NCBI GenBank assembly: GCA_964291215.2
Contig: OZ219791.1
Coordinates: 2,048,001-2,112,000, forward strand
Reading direction: 5' to 3'
Length of the DNA: 64,000 nt
DNA from: Alphaproteobacteria bacterium
GTDB taxonomy: Bacteria; Pseudomonadota; Alphaproteobacteria; MPNO01; UBA830
Of this stretch, positions 20,103-30,504 are shown piece after piece (the first letter of the stretch is position 1; each line of letters opens with the position of its first letter). The notes below the pieces were generated by a model, which worked only from the letters and a program-made list of their open reading frames with translations, was not told the origin of the DNA and searched no databases. The position numbers and the translations under genes were made by a program.

Positions 20103-20437
20103 TGAAAACAATTCCGTGGGGCTGGCGCACCATGTGGGTAATCGCGATGTTTGACCTGCCCACCGACACGCCGAAGGCGCGCAGGGCCTATACGAGATTC
20201 CGCAAGAATCTGCTCAACGACGGCTTCACGATGATTCAGTACTCGGTTTACATTCGGCACTGTGCATCGATCGAGAACGCCAAGGTTCACGCGACCAGAA
20301 TGGGTCGTCGGGTGCCCTCGGCCGGAGAGGTCCGATTCCTGACGATCACCGACAAGCAGTTCGGCCGCATGGAAACCTATGTCGGGAAAACCCGCGAGGC
20401 ACCGCCGAATCCGCCCGCCCAGCTGGAATTTTTCTGA
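20102..20437 (+). CDS. cas2: Cas2
   Basis: MWVIAMFDLPT, FRKNLLNDGFTMIQYSVYIR, ITDKQF, QLEFF; GTG start at 20102. Confidence 0.95.
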   Translation: MKTIPWGWRTMWVIAMFDLPTDTPKARRAYTRFRKNLLNDGFTMIQYSVYIRHCASIENAKVHATRMGRRVPSAGEVRFLTITDKQFGRMETYVGKTREAPPNPPAQLEFF

Positions 20438-20487
20438 CCAGTGGGCGGACGAAAACGACGTTTATTCAATGCCCTACGTCGAGGGCA

Positions 20488-21571
20488 ACTGTAGCAAATC
20501 GAGAAGCGGCCGCAATCCGCAGCGAGCTCGACGTCGGACCGGCGGCCGTGCGCACTGTAGCAAATCGAGAAGCGGCCGCAATCCGCAGCATGAAGAATAG
20601 CGACAAACCCCGCAGCGTCACTGTAGCAAATCGAGAAGCGGCCGCAATCCGCAGCGTTAGCTATGTACTCGGCGCAACCATCAGTACTGTAGCAAATCGA
20701 GAAGCGGCCGCAATCCGCAGCCTGATCCTCATAGGAGATGCTCTTACCTGCACTGTAGCAAATCGAGAAGCGGCCGCAATCCGCAGCGCGCGACGCCGAC
20801 GCCGGGCTTGCCTTCGAACTGTAGCAAATCGAGAAGCGGCCGCAATCCGCAGCCAGAACCGGCTTCGCAACGTCCGGCCCTGCACTGTAGCAAATCGAGA
20901 AGCGGCCGCAATCCGCAGCGTCCGTAATGCCAAGTCCCGAGTCAACAGAACTGTAGCAAATCGAGAAGCGGCCGCAATCCGCAGCAGTAATCGAGGAAGA
21001 CGTGGGATTTTTGACACTGTAGCAAATCGAGAAGCGGCCGCAATCCGCAGCCTCTCAGGATCTACAATGAGTACTTCAAATACTGTAGCAAATCGAGAAG
21101 CGGCCGCAATCCGCAGCGGCCTCGCCCGTCAGGAGGCGGACGCCGACACTGTAGCAAATCGAGAAGCGGCCGCAATCCGCAGCTCGCGCAGAGCTCCAGT
21201 CGCCACCGGCACCACTGTAGCAAATCGAGAAGCGGCCGCAATCCGCAGCGCAAGCGTCTCAGGGTCCTTGAGCACCGCGACTGTAGCAAATCGAGAAGCG
21301 GCCGCAATCCGCAGCAATCACCCACGGCAAAGCCAATGCCTGTCAACTGTAGCAAATCGAGAAGCGGCCGCAATCCGCAGCGATGCCCCTTGATGACCTG
21401 CCCGCCCGCGCACTGTAGCAAATCGAGAAGCGGCCGCAATCCGCAGCGCCCTCCGCGAACGGAACACCACGTCGGTGACTGTAGCAAATCGAGAAGCGGC
21501 CGCAATCCGCAGCATATACCGCCCGGCATCGTCCAGCCATCCGACTGTAGCAAATCGAGAAGCGGCCGCAA
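20488..21571 (-). CRISPR. type II-C array: 16 full 36-bp repeats, one truncated 28-bp repeat, 16 spacers of 30 bp
   Basis: ACTGTAGCAAATCGAGAAGCGGCCGCAATCCGCAGC recurs every 66 bp. Minus-strand orientation is inferred from tracrRNA complementarity and the TGCTACAGT extended -10 at the repeat 3' end. Confidence 0.98.
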
Positions 21572-21967
21572 GCCGCGTGCAGGCCGCAGCCGAGGACATC
21601 GTCAACAAGCTCAGGGCCCGGAGGTTCCGCGCCGACGCTCTGGAGGAAGACGCACGCAAATTGCGACCGTCAACCTCGACAGCCTCGAGCACGAGAACCC
21701 GCGCCCGGTCGGCTGCCTGTGCCTCGAGGCGCGATCCCGGCTTCACGACCTCGGCATCACGGGCCGCGAGTGTGCTGATCGTCGCCAGGATGATCCGCCA
21801 GCGAGCGCTGGCTGCGCGATGACAGCGCGACCGCGGAGCTTCCGGATCCGGAGGGCAAGTCGCTGTACCGCATCGGCGACCTGCGCCACCGGGCCGCCAT
21901 CCGGAAGGAGCTGTTCAACCGCGAGCGCGCGCTGCATCCCCGACACCATCGCCTTTTACGATCTCAC

Positions 21968-23529
21968 GTAACTGCTCACCCCCTGGTTCCGGCTTGGCGT
22001 CGGGGTAGAGCAACGAACGGGTTTTCGTGGAGATTTGACATTGCAGGCCGATTCGCTTAGTGGTGGTCATCGAGAACGACGAGGATCGCCAGTGGGCTAC
22101 TTTGGATCGAAGGCAACGAGCGGGCTGCGCCAGCTACTTCCGGGGCTCCAGCCTCCGCATGATCTGTATGTGGAAACGCATCTCGGAGGCGGCGCGTTGA
22201 TGAAGCGCAAGGCCGGGTGATGGCGACGGTCAACGCGGCGCGCGAGGAGTTCGAAGCGGCCAAGACCGCGGCGCTGCGTGCGGCCGGCAAGGTGGCGGAA
22301 GAGGCCGTGATCCGCGTCTTCGTCATCCTGCTCGACATCATCATCGTCGTCCTTCTGGAGAAGACCACGCACGAGCCGGAACTCCGGTCTGCCGCCGTCA
22401 CAGACGGACAAGGACGAGAGCGTGCCGGGAGCAACGGCAAGGGCCCGAAGCCGAACCGGCAGATGGGCGACAACCTGCGCAAGATCATCGTCGAGGAAAC
22501 GGTCGCGGCCTGCGACGCCTGCGGCGCCGACATCGACGGCCCCGTCGATCGGGATCGTCGCGTCCTCTACGACATCGTGTTCGAGGTCGTCGAGCGCCGC
22601 GTCGACATCGAGATCAAGGAATGCCCGAAGTGCAAGGCCCGAACCAAGGGCCGGTTCCCCGACAACATCCCGTGCAGTACGGCATCGGCATCCAAGCCCT
22701 CGTCATCAACCTGCTGGTCGCCCAGATGCTGTCCCTGCGCCGTGCCGTCGCGCTCGTGCAGGCGGTCTCCGGCATCAAGCTCTCCGAGGCCTCGGCTATG
22801 CTTTCACGATGCGTCATGGGAGGAGGCCGCCGTGACGCACCTCCTGCAACGCCCGATGTCGATGATTTCGGATCAACAGTAAGTGGCTCCATGTCGTGGG
22901 ACCCTGACGTGCAAGTTCCCGCACCGCAAGCGCGGCCGGGAGGCAAGAGATCGGCCCGTGCTACAAGGGCGTCCTGGGCCTCGTACATGGGCCAGTGTAG
23001 CCATCAGTTGTGCGGCAGCCACCTGCTGCGCGAACTGACCTTTGTCGTCGAGGCTACCGCGCGACTGATGAAGAGCCTGCTCCGCGAGGTCTGCCACAAG
23101 GTCAACAAGAGCGCATCCAAAACCCTGAACGACGCCGGGCCGTGCACAAGCGCTACCGCACCATCCTCACGCAGGGCGCCAGGGAACTGCCCGACATCCC
23201 GACGAAAGGAAAACGTGGACGCAAGTCCGACGCGCACAACCTGCACGAACGTCTCATGAAACACGAAAACCTGCGCTTCACAGACGACCCCGACGTCAGC
23301 TTCACCAACAATGCCGGAGAACAGAAGATCAGGATGGCAAAGGTCAAGGTGTCCTGATGCTTCCGCTCCACGCAAAAGCATGGTGCCGGGGCTCAAGCTA
23401 CCTCACCTCCATGGCCGCACTCGGCTACAATCATCACGTCGCAACCCAGATCGCCCTCGACGGAAAAGCCGCAGACATCATCAACGAGCACTACGACCAA
23501 TCAGAACCCAACTAGGGGTGAGTAGATAC
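21968..23529 (+). mobile_element. IS66-family element with 8-bp TSD
   Basis: Ends GTAACTGCTCACCCC and GGGGTGAGTAGATAC; GATCTCAC is duplicated at 21960-21967 and 23530-23537; HQLCGSHLLREL and FTNNAGEQKIRMAKVK; the empty site is present in IS1634 copy 2 at ~37270. Confidence 0.9.
22092..22220 (+). pseudogene. N-terminal remnant of a D12-class DNA adenine methylase inside the IS66
   Basis: MGYFGSKATSGL...PPHDLYVETHLGGGALMKRK, covering motif X/I of Dam-like methylases. Confidence 0.65.
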
Positions 23530-24143
23530 GATCTCACCAATGTTCACGGCCGCGCCGACGGCAAGCTGCCCCGCTTCGGGCGCTCGAAGCAGAAGCGCAA
23601 TGATTGCCCCACGCTTGCGCGGCGCAGGCTTTCGGCGCAGTTGCGAGGTCTTGCGGGGCAACGTGGCCGGGCACGGATGCGCTGTCGAGGCTGGAGGCGG
23701 GCCCGGCAGCGAAGCCGACGGCAGTCATGGACGCCGGTACCGAGGCGAACATCGCGTGGCGGGCACGGCTGGATCGCGGGCGGCGCCGTCCGAGGGTGGG
23801 CCCGAGGCTGATCATCAGCACCAACCACGAGGTGCAGGCGCCTTGCCAGTGAGGATGGCGCGGCGTGGTCAGCGAGAGCAGGAAGAGGGCCGAGGACGCC
23901 ATTCCTGACCGCAGGGCTTCGAGGCGGCGCTGGAAAAGCTTCATGACGGCCTCTCGGCCAAGGGCCGGCTCAAGCGCCACGACAAGGTGCTGGATAGCGG
24001 TCTCAGGCAGCGCTTCTCCACCGTCGTCCGGCACTACGAGATCACCGTCGAGAAGGCCGGCGCCAACGCAACTGCCGTGCGCTTCAGCCACAGACGACAA
24101 GACAACGCGGGCGCCTGCGCACCAGCGACCGGGAGACCGTCCT

Positions 24144-25484
24144 TATATGACCAGGTTTTGTCCCCTTGATGATGAAATCATCCACAGCAGTTGGGGGCGG
24201 GAAAATGTGGATAACCTCGACTATGGGAGAGCTATGGTTGCAGAGAGATTCCGCTCCCCTGTGTGAGAACGTACAGGGGATCAAACGATCTTCGCGGAGG
24301 TTGCCGTTCCGTCCTTGGCTTTATAGAGCCGTTCCCGAGCGTGGCAACCTCCTTTGGCGTCCCTTGCGTCCTGAATGGATGCTTGGGTTTGAACCGTATC
24401 ATCATAAGGCGAGGAACGATGGTCAAGGTAGTAGCAGGGGTCAGCCAGTCTGGACATCTGGGGCGTCGTTTTACGAACGACGCCACGGGCACGTGGCTTC
24501 GCAGCCTCGAGGTAACCCGTGTGGTGGGCGACAGGTCGCTATCACCGCAAGGAGTGTCTTCATGACCGGGGCTTCGAGGTTGTCCTGCCCGTTGAGGGCT
24601 TCGCCGAGGCTTTGGGCCAACCGCGTTGACGCCAAGATCGGCACGGTGCGATCTCGAGCCTGTGGCCCCTCAGGAAGCCTTCCTCAACTGCCTGGGGGAT
24701 CTCCTGGTGCCGCGCTTGTCGACGTGCGCACCAAGCTGAGGCAAGTGGCAGATGAGGTGGATGGCGAGACCGTCACAAGGGCTTCGGCGGCCGATCTCGA
24801 TGATTGCCAAGCTGGATGCAGTGATCAAAGCGGTGATCCCGAGCAGAGGTACCCTGACCTCGATCCAGTGACCGCCGCAGCCCTTCTTTGTTGGATGCCC
24901 GAACTCGGCAGCGTCGGCAGCCTTGATCGGGGTGGCGCCGATGGCCACGGTACTCGGCATATCCGAGGCGGGCGCCGGAGGCCACGTGATCTCCTGTTCA
25001 TGGCCGCGACCTCGGCAGCACGCTTCAACGCGGATCTGGTGCGCCACAAGGCCCACAAAGTCGCCATTGTCGCCGTGATGCGCAAGCTCTGGCGAACACC
25101 TTGCTGCGACAGCAGCGTTGCTGGTCGACCGAAGCACCGGTGAGTGAGCGAAGGAGACACGGCCCTGCCGAGAGCGCGATCGGGACTGTATCGACAGTCT
25201 CCCTCTACGACACGACTTGGGGAGAATGTCTGCAGATCATCGTCGAGGCCGACATCGAGGAGACGCCGTGCGGCTTGTGGACGGGACACCTGGAACCCGG
25301 ACGGTCACGTGCCCGGGGACGGCAAGGTAGCCGCGTTCACGTGACCAATGGACGGCAACCCGCCGCCGGGACCACAAGCTTCATGTCGCCTCGCTCGCAG
25401 GGCAAATCCCACACCGCTTGTGGACAACCACAGAAAACATCACCGCAGACACCCGCAAAAATCTTGCCAAGAAACATGGATGCT
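24144..25484 (+). mobile_element. IS110-family element copy 1, flanked by duplicated CT core
   Basis: CT at 24142-43 and 25483-84; recombinase remnants from ATG 24419 (RVDAKI, VTAAALLCWMPELG, RHIRGGR, KVAIVAVMRKL). Confidence 0.9.
24251..24418 (+). ncRNA. IS110 bridge RNA, copy 1
   Basis: Partly deleted 5' hairpin, target-binding loop 24296-24352 and donor-binding loop 24358-24418; guides match the flanks and the circle junction. Confidence 0.8.
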
Positions 25485-26209
25485 CGGGACATGGATATCG
25501 AGGCCACCTTCCGTTCATTGAAATCCGAGCCCGGATTGCGCCCGGCCAGCGCATCGCCGCCCACCTGTTGATCGCCGTGCTTGCCGCGGTGCATCTAATC
25601 CCCGCGCGGGGCATCGACAAGTGCTGGACATCAATCCGCGAGAGCATGCGGAACCAGGGTCACCACGCACCTGCGCCAGGCGCGTTGATTGTCAACCGAC
25701 AGGACACGCACCGCCGAGGTTGCCGAAATCTCCTCGGCGGCTGGTGTCGAACCCGCCGCACGAGGAGCCGCCTTACAAGCTGACAGAATTCAACAGGATG
25801 TAGTGCCATGTTGAAATCGGCCGACAAAAAAAATCACGCAACGTGATAAAAATTCCAGGCCGCAAAAAGTGCCAACTTGGGACAAGGCCCCGCTGACTGC
25901 ACCTCTCGCCCCGACAGAAACCGCAACCATCCGGGCGCGGCAACCAAACCCGGCAGGGCTCTCGCTCGCCCCGGACACGCCGAAGCCGACCAATCGCGCC
26001 CCGCTTGGTGCTGCAACAGGGCATCAGACGTCAGCAAATCTCAAAATCGCAGACTCGAACGCGTCGACCCGCGCCGCGATCAAGACTCCGATCACATCAA
26101 CAAGCACGGGATCATCGTGCGATGCTTTTTCAGCCGCGTTGTGCAATACAGCGCGAGAGGCTAGGATCACTGATCCGTTTCTGGACCAGTAATTACAGGG
26201 AGAGAAGAC

Positions 26210-27196
26210 ATGAAGACAGTACTTACGGCCGGCGTTGCCGCCGGAGCGTTGCTGGCTGCATCAGTGACGGGGGCCGCTGCAACCAACATCAAGCTACTCA
26301 CGAGCTGGAACAAGGACAACTGGCCGACCTACGCCGTGCTCGATCAATTCGTCAAGAATGTCGGGGCAATCGGCGGCGGCAAGGTCAAGATCGTGATTTC
26401 CGGCAAGGAGGTTGTGCCGCCCTTCGAGCAGCTTCAGCCGGTATCGTCGGGCGTGTTCGACATGCTGTTTTCGCACGGCATCTACCATTCGGGCAGCAAG
26501 GGACTGGCGTTCACGTTCGATGCCATCGATCCCAAGCCCGCCGAGCGCCGCGCCTCGGGGTTGATCGATTTCATCGACAAGTACTATCAGAAGCACAACA
26601 ACCTGAAGGTCATCGGCATTGTGGCGGCCAGCAACCAAGGCTATCACCTCTTCGCCAAGGAACCGCTGTCGGCGGCGGGTGATCTCAAGGGACGCAAGAT
26701 CCGCGGCACGCTCAGCTATCACGGCGTCATCCGGCTCCTCGGCGCGTCTCCGGTGGTGCTCCCGGGCGGGCAGATCTATACCTCGCTCGAGAAGGGGGTC
26801 ATCGACGGCGCCGCATGGCCGGCTGCCGGCATGCTCTCGATGAAACATTACGAGGTCGCCAAGTACAAGCTGCGCCCGACCTTCGGTTCGAGCAATCTCG
26901 GTTTCTGGGTCAATCTTGACAAGTGGAACAAGCTGTCCGAGGCTGACCGCAAGATTCTCGTTGATGCGGCCAAGAAAACTGAGGTCGAGATGCCGGCGAT
27001 CGGCGACAAAATTCTCGCCGAGGAATCGGCTGCGCTCGAAAAGCATGGCGTCAAGGTGACCCAGATGTCCCCGGATATGGCCAAGAAGGTCAAGGCGACG
27101 TTCGCGGCAAGCATGTGGGAGATCGCCAAGAAATGCTGCGCTGATGGCGGTGACGACCTGCGCCAGCTCGCCAAGAAGGCCGGGCTGACCAACTGA
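26210..27196 (+). CDS. dctP: TRAP transporter solute-binding protein
   Basis: Signal peptide; VVPPFEQLQPVSSGVFDM, DLKGRKIRG, YTSLEKGVIDGA. Confidence 0.92.
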   Translation: MKTVLTAGVAAGALLAASVTGAAATNIKLLTSWNKDNWPTYAVLDQFVKNVGAIGGGKVKIVISGKEVVPPFEQLQPVSSGVFDMLFSHGIYHSGSKGLAFTFDAIDPKPAERRASGLIDFIDKYYQKHNNLKVIGIVAASNQGYHLFAKEPLSAAGDLKGRKIRGTLSYHGVIRLLGASPVVLPGGQIYTSLEKGVIDGAAWPAAGMLSMKHYEVAKYKLRPTFGSSNLGFWVNLDKWNKLSEADRKILVDAAKKTEVEMPAIGDKILAEESAALEKHGVKVTQMSPDMAKKVKATFAASMWEIAKKCCADGGDDLRQLAKKAGLTN

Positions 27197-27230
27197 TTGC
27201 CGCGGAAATCGCAGGATCGCGAGGCGGGCC

Positions 27231-27740
27231 GTGTTCAGGCCGATATTCTGGGTTCACGACCGGCTGACAGACGTGAGCTTCGAGCTGGGCAAGATCTGCC
27301 TCGCGATCATCCTCTTTTCTTACTGCTTCGAGGTCGCTGCGCGCTATTTCTTCAACGCGCCGACCTGGTGGGCCGATGAGGCGGTTTCCTATTCGCTCTG
27401 TATCGGCTGCTTTCTCGTGATGCCGGGAGTAACCCGCGACAAGGGACATGTCGCGGTGACGTTTCTCGTGGACATGCTGGCGCCTGCGAAGGCGAAGCCC
27501 GCCTACTGGGTGATCTACCTCCTGTGCTTCTTCGCCTGCGTGCTCGGCTTCTGGATCAATCTTGACGAGAACATCCGTCAGATCGTCAAGGATGTTCACC
27601 TGATGAAGGTCAAGCCGATTCCCAAATACTGGATCTCCGTCTTCATTACCTACGGGTTCGGGATGTCGGCGCTCCACTTCCTGCGCATGCTCGACTACCG
27701 GACGATCAAGGTCGGCCACGGCCGCGAGGAGCAGTACTGA
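27231..27740 (+). CDS. dctQ: TRAP small permease
   Basis: Four hydrophobic helices; EVAARYFFNAPTWWADE, GHVAV. Confidence 0.9.
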   Translation: MFRPIFWVHDRLTDVSFELGKICLAIILFSYCFEVAARYFFNAPTWWADEAVSYSLCIGCFLVMPGVTRDKGHVAVTFLVDMLAPAKAKPAYWVIYLLCFFACVLGFWINLDENIRQIVKDVHLMKVKPIPKYWISVFITYGFGMSALHFLRMLDYRTIKVGHGREEQY

Positions 27741-27742
27741 CC

Positions 27743-29053
27743 ATGGAATGGTGGGCAATCCTCGCAGCCGGTCTGACGCTGCTGTTGGCGGTGTTCATGA
27801 CAGGGGTGCCGATTTTCGTTGCATTCCTCCTCATCAACATCACCGGCGTTCTCCTCATCCTCGGCCAGCCCGGTTTCGGTCTCGTTGCCAATTCGATCTT
27901 CGAGACCACCAATATCGCGGCGCTGTCGGCCATTCCCCTTTTCATCCTGATGGGCGAACTCCTGTTCCGGTCGGGTTCGATCGACATCCTCTTCGATGCC
28001 GTCGACAAGCTCGTCGGGCGGGTGCGGGGACGGCAGTACGTCCTGTGCATCACCCTGTCTACGATCTTCGGCGCGCTGTCCGGCGCGGCGATGGGCGTGG
28101 CGGCGATGATGGCGCGGACGCTTTTTCCCGGGATGCTTGATCGCGGCTACGATCCCAAGCTCTCCACCGGCGCCATACTCGCGGGGGCGTCGCTCGCGCC
28201 GATCATTCCGCCGAGCGTGCTGGTCATCATCATCGGCACGCTTGCCAACGTATCGATCGCCGGCCTCCTGATCGCCGGAATCCTGCCCGGGCTGATGCTT
28301 GCCGGGCTGTTCTTCATCTACACCCTGGGGCGCGTGCGCCTGAACCCGGTGCTTGCCAACGAGGATGTCCAGGCTTCGTCAGTTGATGTCAGCGTCGGCG
28401 AGAAGATCCGCGCCATTCTCAGGGTGCTGCCGTTCGTCCTGATCATCTTCTGCGTCATGGGCTTCATCCTGCTCGGTGTGGCGACACCCTCTGAATCAGC
28501 GGCCACCGGCGTGGCGGGCGCCATCCTCACTGCGGCCTACTACCGCAAGCTGAACTGGAAGATGTTCTCGGAGTCGCTGGCCTCCGCAGCCTTCATCACC
28601 AGCATGATCCTGGTGATCATGGCAAGTTCCAAGATGTTCAGCCAGTTGCTGGCGTTCACGGGATCCACAAGGGCGCTTACCGAGGTCGTCGTCGGGCTCG
28701 ATTTTCCGGCCTACCTGATGCTCTTCATCATGATGCTCATCCCCTTCATCCTGTGCATGTTCATCGACCAGATCGCACTGATGCTTGTCGTCATTCCGAT
28801 CTATCAGCCCCTGATCAAGACCCTTGAATTCGATCCGATCTGGTTCTGGCTCCTGATGCTGCTCAACGTCACTGTCGGAGGCATCACCCCCCCGTTTGGC
28901 TACACGATCTTCGCGTTCAAGGGGGCTACGGACAGGGTGAATCTGCAACAGGTGTTCAGTGCTACCTGGCCGTTCGTGCTCATATTCCTGGTAGGCATGG
29001 TCCTGATCGCGATGTTCCCGCCGATCGCCACGGTGCTGCCTCGCCTTCTGTGA
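27743..29053 (+). CDS. dctM: TRAP large permease
   Basis: AIPLFILMGEL, LAPIIPPS, ATPSESAA, GGITPPFG. Confidence 0.93.
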   Translation: MEWWAILAAGLTLLLAVFMTGVPIFVAFLLINITGVLLILGQPGFGLVANSIFETTNIAALSAIPLFILMGELLFRSGSIDILFDAVDKLVGRVRGRQYVLCITLSTIFGALSGAAMGVAAMMARTLFPGMLDRGYDPKLSTGAILAGASLAPIIPPSVLVIIIGTLANVSIAGLLIAGILPGLMLAGLFFIYTLGRVRLNPVLANEDVQASSVDVSVGEKIRAILRVLPFVLIIFCVMGFILLGVATPSESAATGVAGAILTAAYYRKLNWKMFSESLASAAFITSMILVIMASSKMFSQLLAFTGSTRALTEVVVGLDFPAYLMLFIMMLIPFILCMFIDQIALMLVVIPIYQPLIKTLEFDPIWFWLLMLLNVTVGGITPPFGYTIFAFKGATDRVNLQQVFSATWPFVLIFLVGMVLIAMFPPIATVLPRLL

Positions 29054-29134
29054 CGGACGGTGGCGGTCGGAATTTCAGTTTCCGCCGGTTTTCGATTACA
29101 ATCGCGCCGGGATCATCAGGCTGGCCAGGGAAAC

Positions 29135-30376
29135 ATGGAACTCCCCACCGGAAACGAGCGCTATTTCCGCATGAGTGTCGAGGAGTTTGACACCGAAAAG
29201 CTCCTGCGTAACGCCGCCCGGCAACGCAACCAGCGCGGTTTCGACGATGTGCTGATCATCGATGTCGACGCCCATCACTACGAAACCGAATCGATGGGAG
29301 AGATCGTCGACTACATCGAGGATCCGGTGATGCGCCAGCTTGCGCGGTCGGCCCAGCAGATCGCCCATCGCGGTTCCATGTTCTCGCTCGGGCGCGTCGG
29401 CTATCAGGACATGGGCGGGCGGGTCACCCGCTATCCGCTGCGCAGGCTTGAGAAGACTCCCGACGACGGCGTGCATCGCGATGTCCATCTGACGAACCGG
29501 TGGATGGATGCGATGGGGGTCGATTTCGCCTGCGTCTTTCCGACGCCGATGCTGGGACTTGCGATGCATCCGCAGGCCGATGTCGAGGTCGTGCTGGCGC
29601 GCGCCTACAACCGGTGGCTGGTGGAACGGATCCTGCCGGGTTCGCCGCGCATGAAGTCCATGCTCTACCTCCCGTTCAACGATCCTGAGGCGGCGCTCCG
29701 GATTGTGGAGGATTTCGGCGATGCGGACGGCGTGATTGGCTTCATGGTTACGTCGGTACGGCATCGCCCGGTTCATCACAACGACTACATGAAGGTCTAT
29801 GCGGCGATCGAAAGGCGGGGGCTGCCGATCGGTTTCCATTCCGGATTTAACTGGGACGATCCCATGTTCCGGACCTGCAACCGTTTCCTCGCCGTCCATG
29901 CGCTGGGCTTCACCTGGTACAATGTCGTCCACTGCACCAACTGGGTGCTGAACGGCATGAACGAACGTTTCCCGGGGCTTCCGGTGATCTGGATCGAGTC
30001 GGGTATCTCCTGGGTGCCGTTTCTCGCGCAGCGTCTCGACACGCTCTACCGGATGCGGTCTTCGGAATGTCCGAATCTGCGCAAGCTGCCGAGTGACTAC
30101 ATCCGCGACATGTATTACAGCACCCAGCCCATGGAGATGCCCGATGACATGGAAATGCTGGAAGCCACGTTCCGCTGCATCAACGCCGAAACGCAGCTTC
30201 TCTGGGCGTCGGACTATCCCCACTGGGATATGGACCTGCCCAGTGTGATCTGGGATCTACCCTTCATCGACGAGGACGCCAAGCGCAACATTCTCGGCAG
30301 GACAGCGCAGAAGCTGTTCCGGCTCGATGTCGGCGAGGGGGTTCCCGGACGCGCGATGGCGACGGCGGCCGAATAG
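29135..30376 (+). CDS. amidohydrolase_2 family protein (decarboxylase/hydratase-like)
   Basis: IIDVDAHHYE, RAYNRWL, PIGFHS, WIESG, LLWASDYPHWD. Confidence 0.85.
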   Translation: MELPTGNERYFRMSVEEFDTEKLLRNAARQRNQRGFDDVLIIDVDAHHYETESMGEIVDYIEDPVMRQLARSAQQIAHRGSMFSLGRVGYQDMGGRVTRYPLRRLEKTPDDGVHRDVHLTNRWMDAMGVDFACVFPTPMLGLAMHPQADVEVVLARAYNRWLVERILPGSPRMKSMLYLPFNDPEAALRIVEDFGDADGVIGFMVTSVRHRPVHHNDYMKVYAAIERRGLPIGFHSGFNWDDPMFRTCNRFLAVHALGFTWYNVVHCTNWVLNGMNERFPGLPVIWIESGISWVPFLAQRLDTLYRMRSSECPNLRKLPSDYIRDMYYSTQPMEMPDDMEMLEATFRCINAETQLLWASDYPHWDMDLPSVIWDLPFIDEDAKRNILGRTAQKLFRLDVGEGVPGRAMATAAE

Positions 30377-30504
30377 CGGGATCGCAGCCTCTTCATGGAC
30401 GTTCCACCCGGGTGATTGCGGCCCGGCGTTCGCCGGCCGCGCGGCCGAACACGGACATGGTCGAGAGGAGCAGCCGGGACGAACGGGTCTGACGGGAGTA
30501 ATTC

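Larger units (their letters stand above)
21572..25881 (+). mobile_element. IS1634-family element copy 1 (left end deleted), hosting an IS66 and an IS110
   Basis: Homologous to 36513-39554; right TIR CGCAAAAAGTGCCAACTTGGG; fragments YDLTN, FGRSKQKRNDCP, DIEATFRSLKSE. Confidence 0.85.

Noticed and set aside
20548-21393. 281-aa ORF with TVANREAAAIRS repeats, and antisense equivalents
   Set aside because: It is a translation of the CRISPR array; the 66-bp period keeps frame and GC-rich spacers rarely contain stops.
20524-21543. Self-targeting spacers
   Set aside because: I saw no match within the window by eye; an exhaustive alignment was not possible.
15981-25881. CRISPR-associated transposon (Cas9 next to transposases)
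   Set aside because: The adjacent IS elements are degenerate, occur elsewhere independently and truncate the array; Cas9 nuclease motifs are intact and no tns genes are present.
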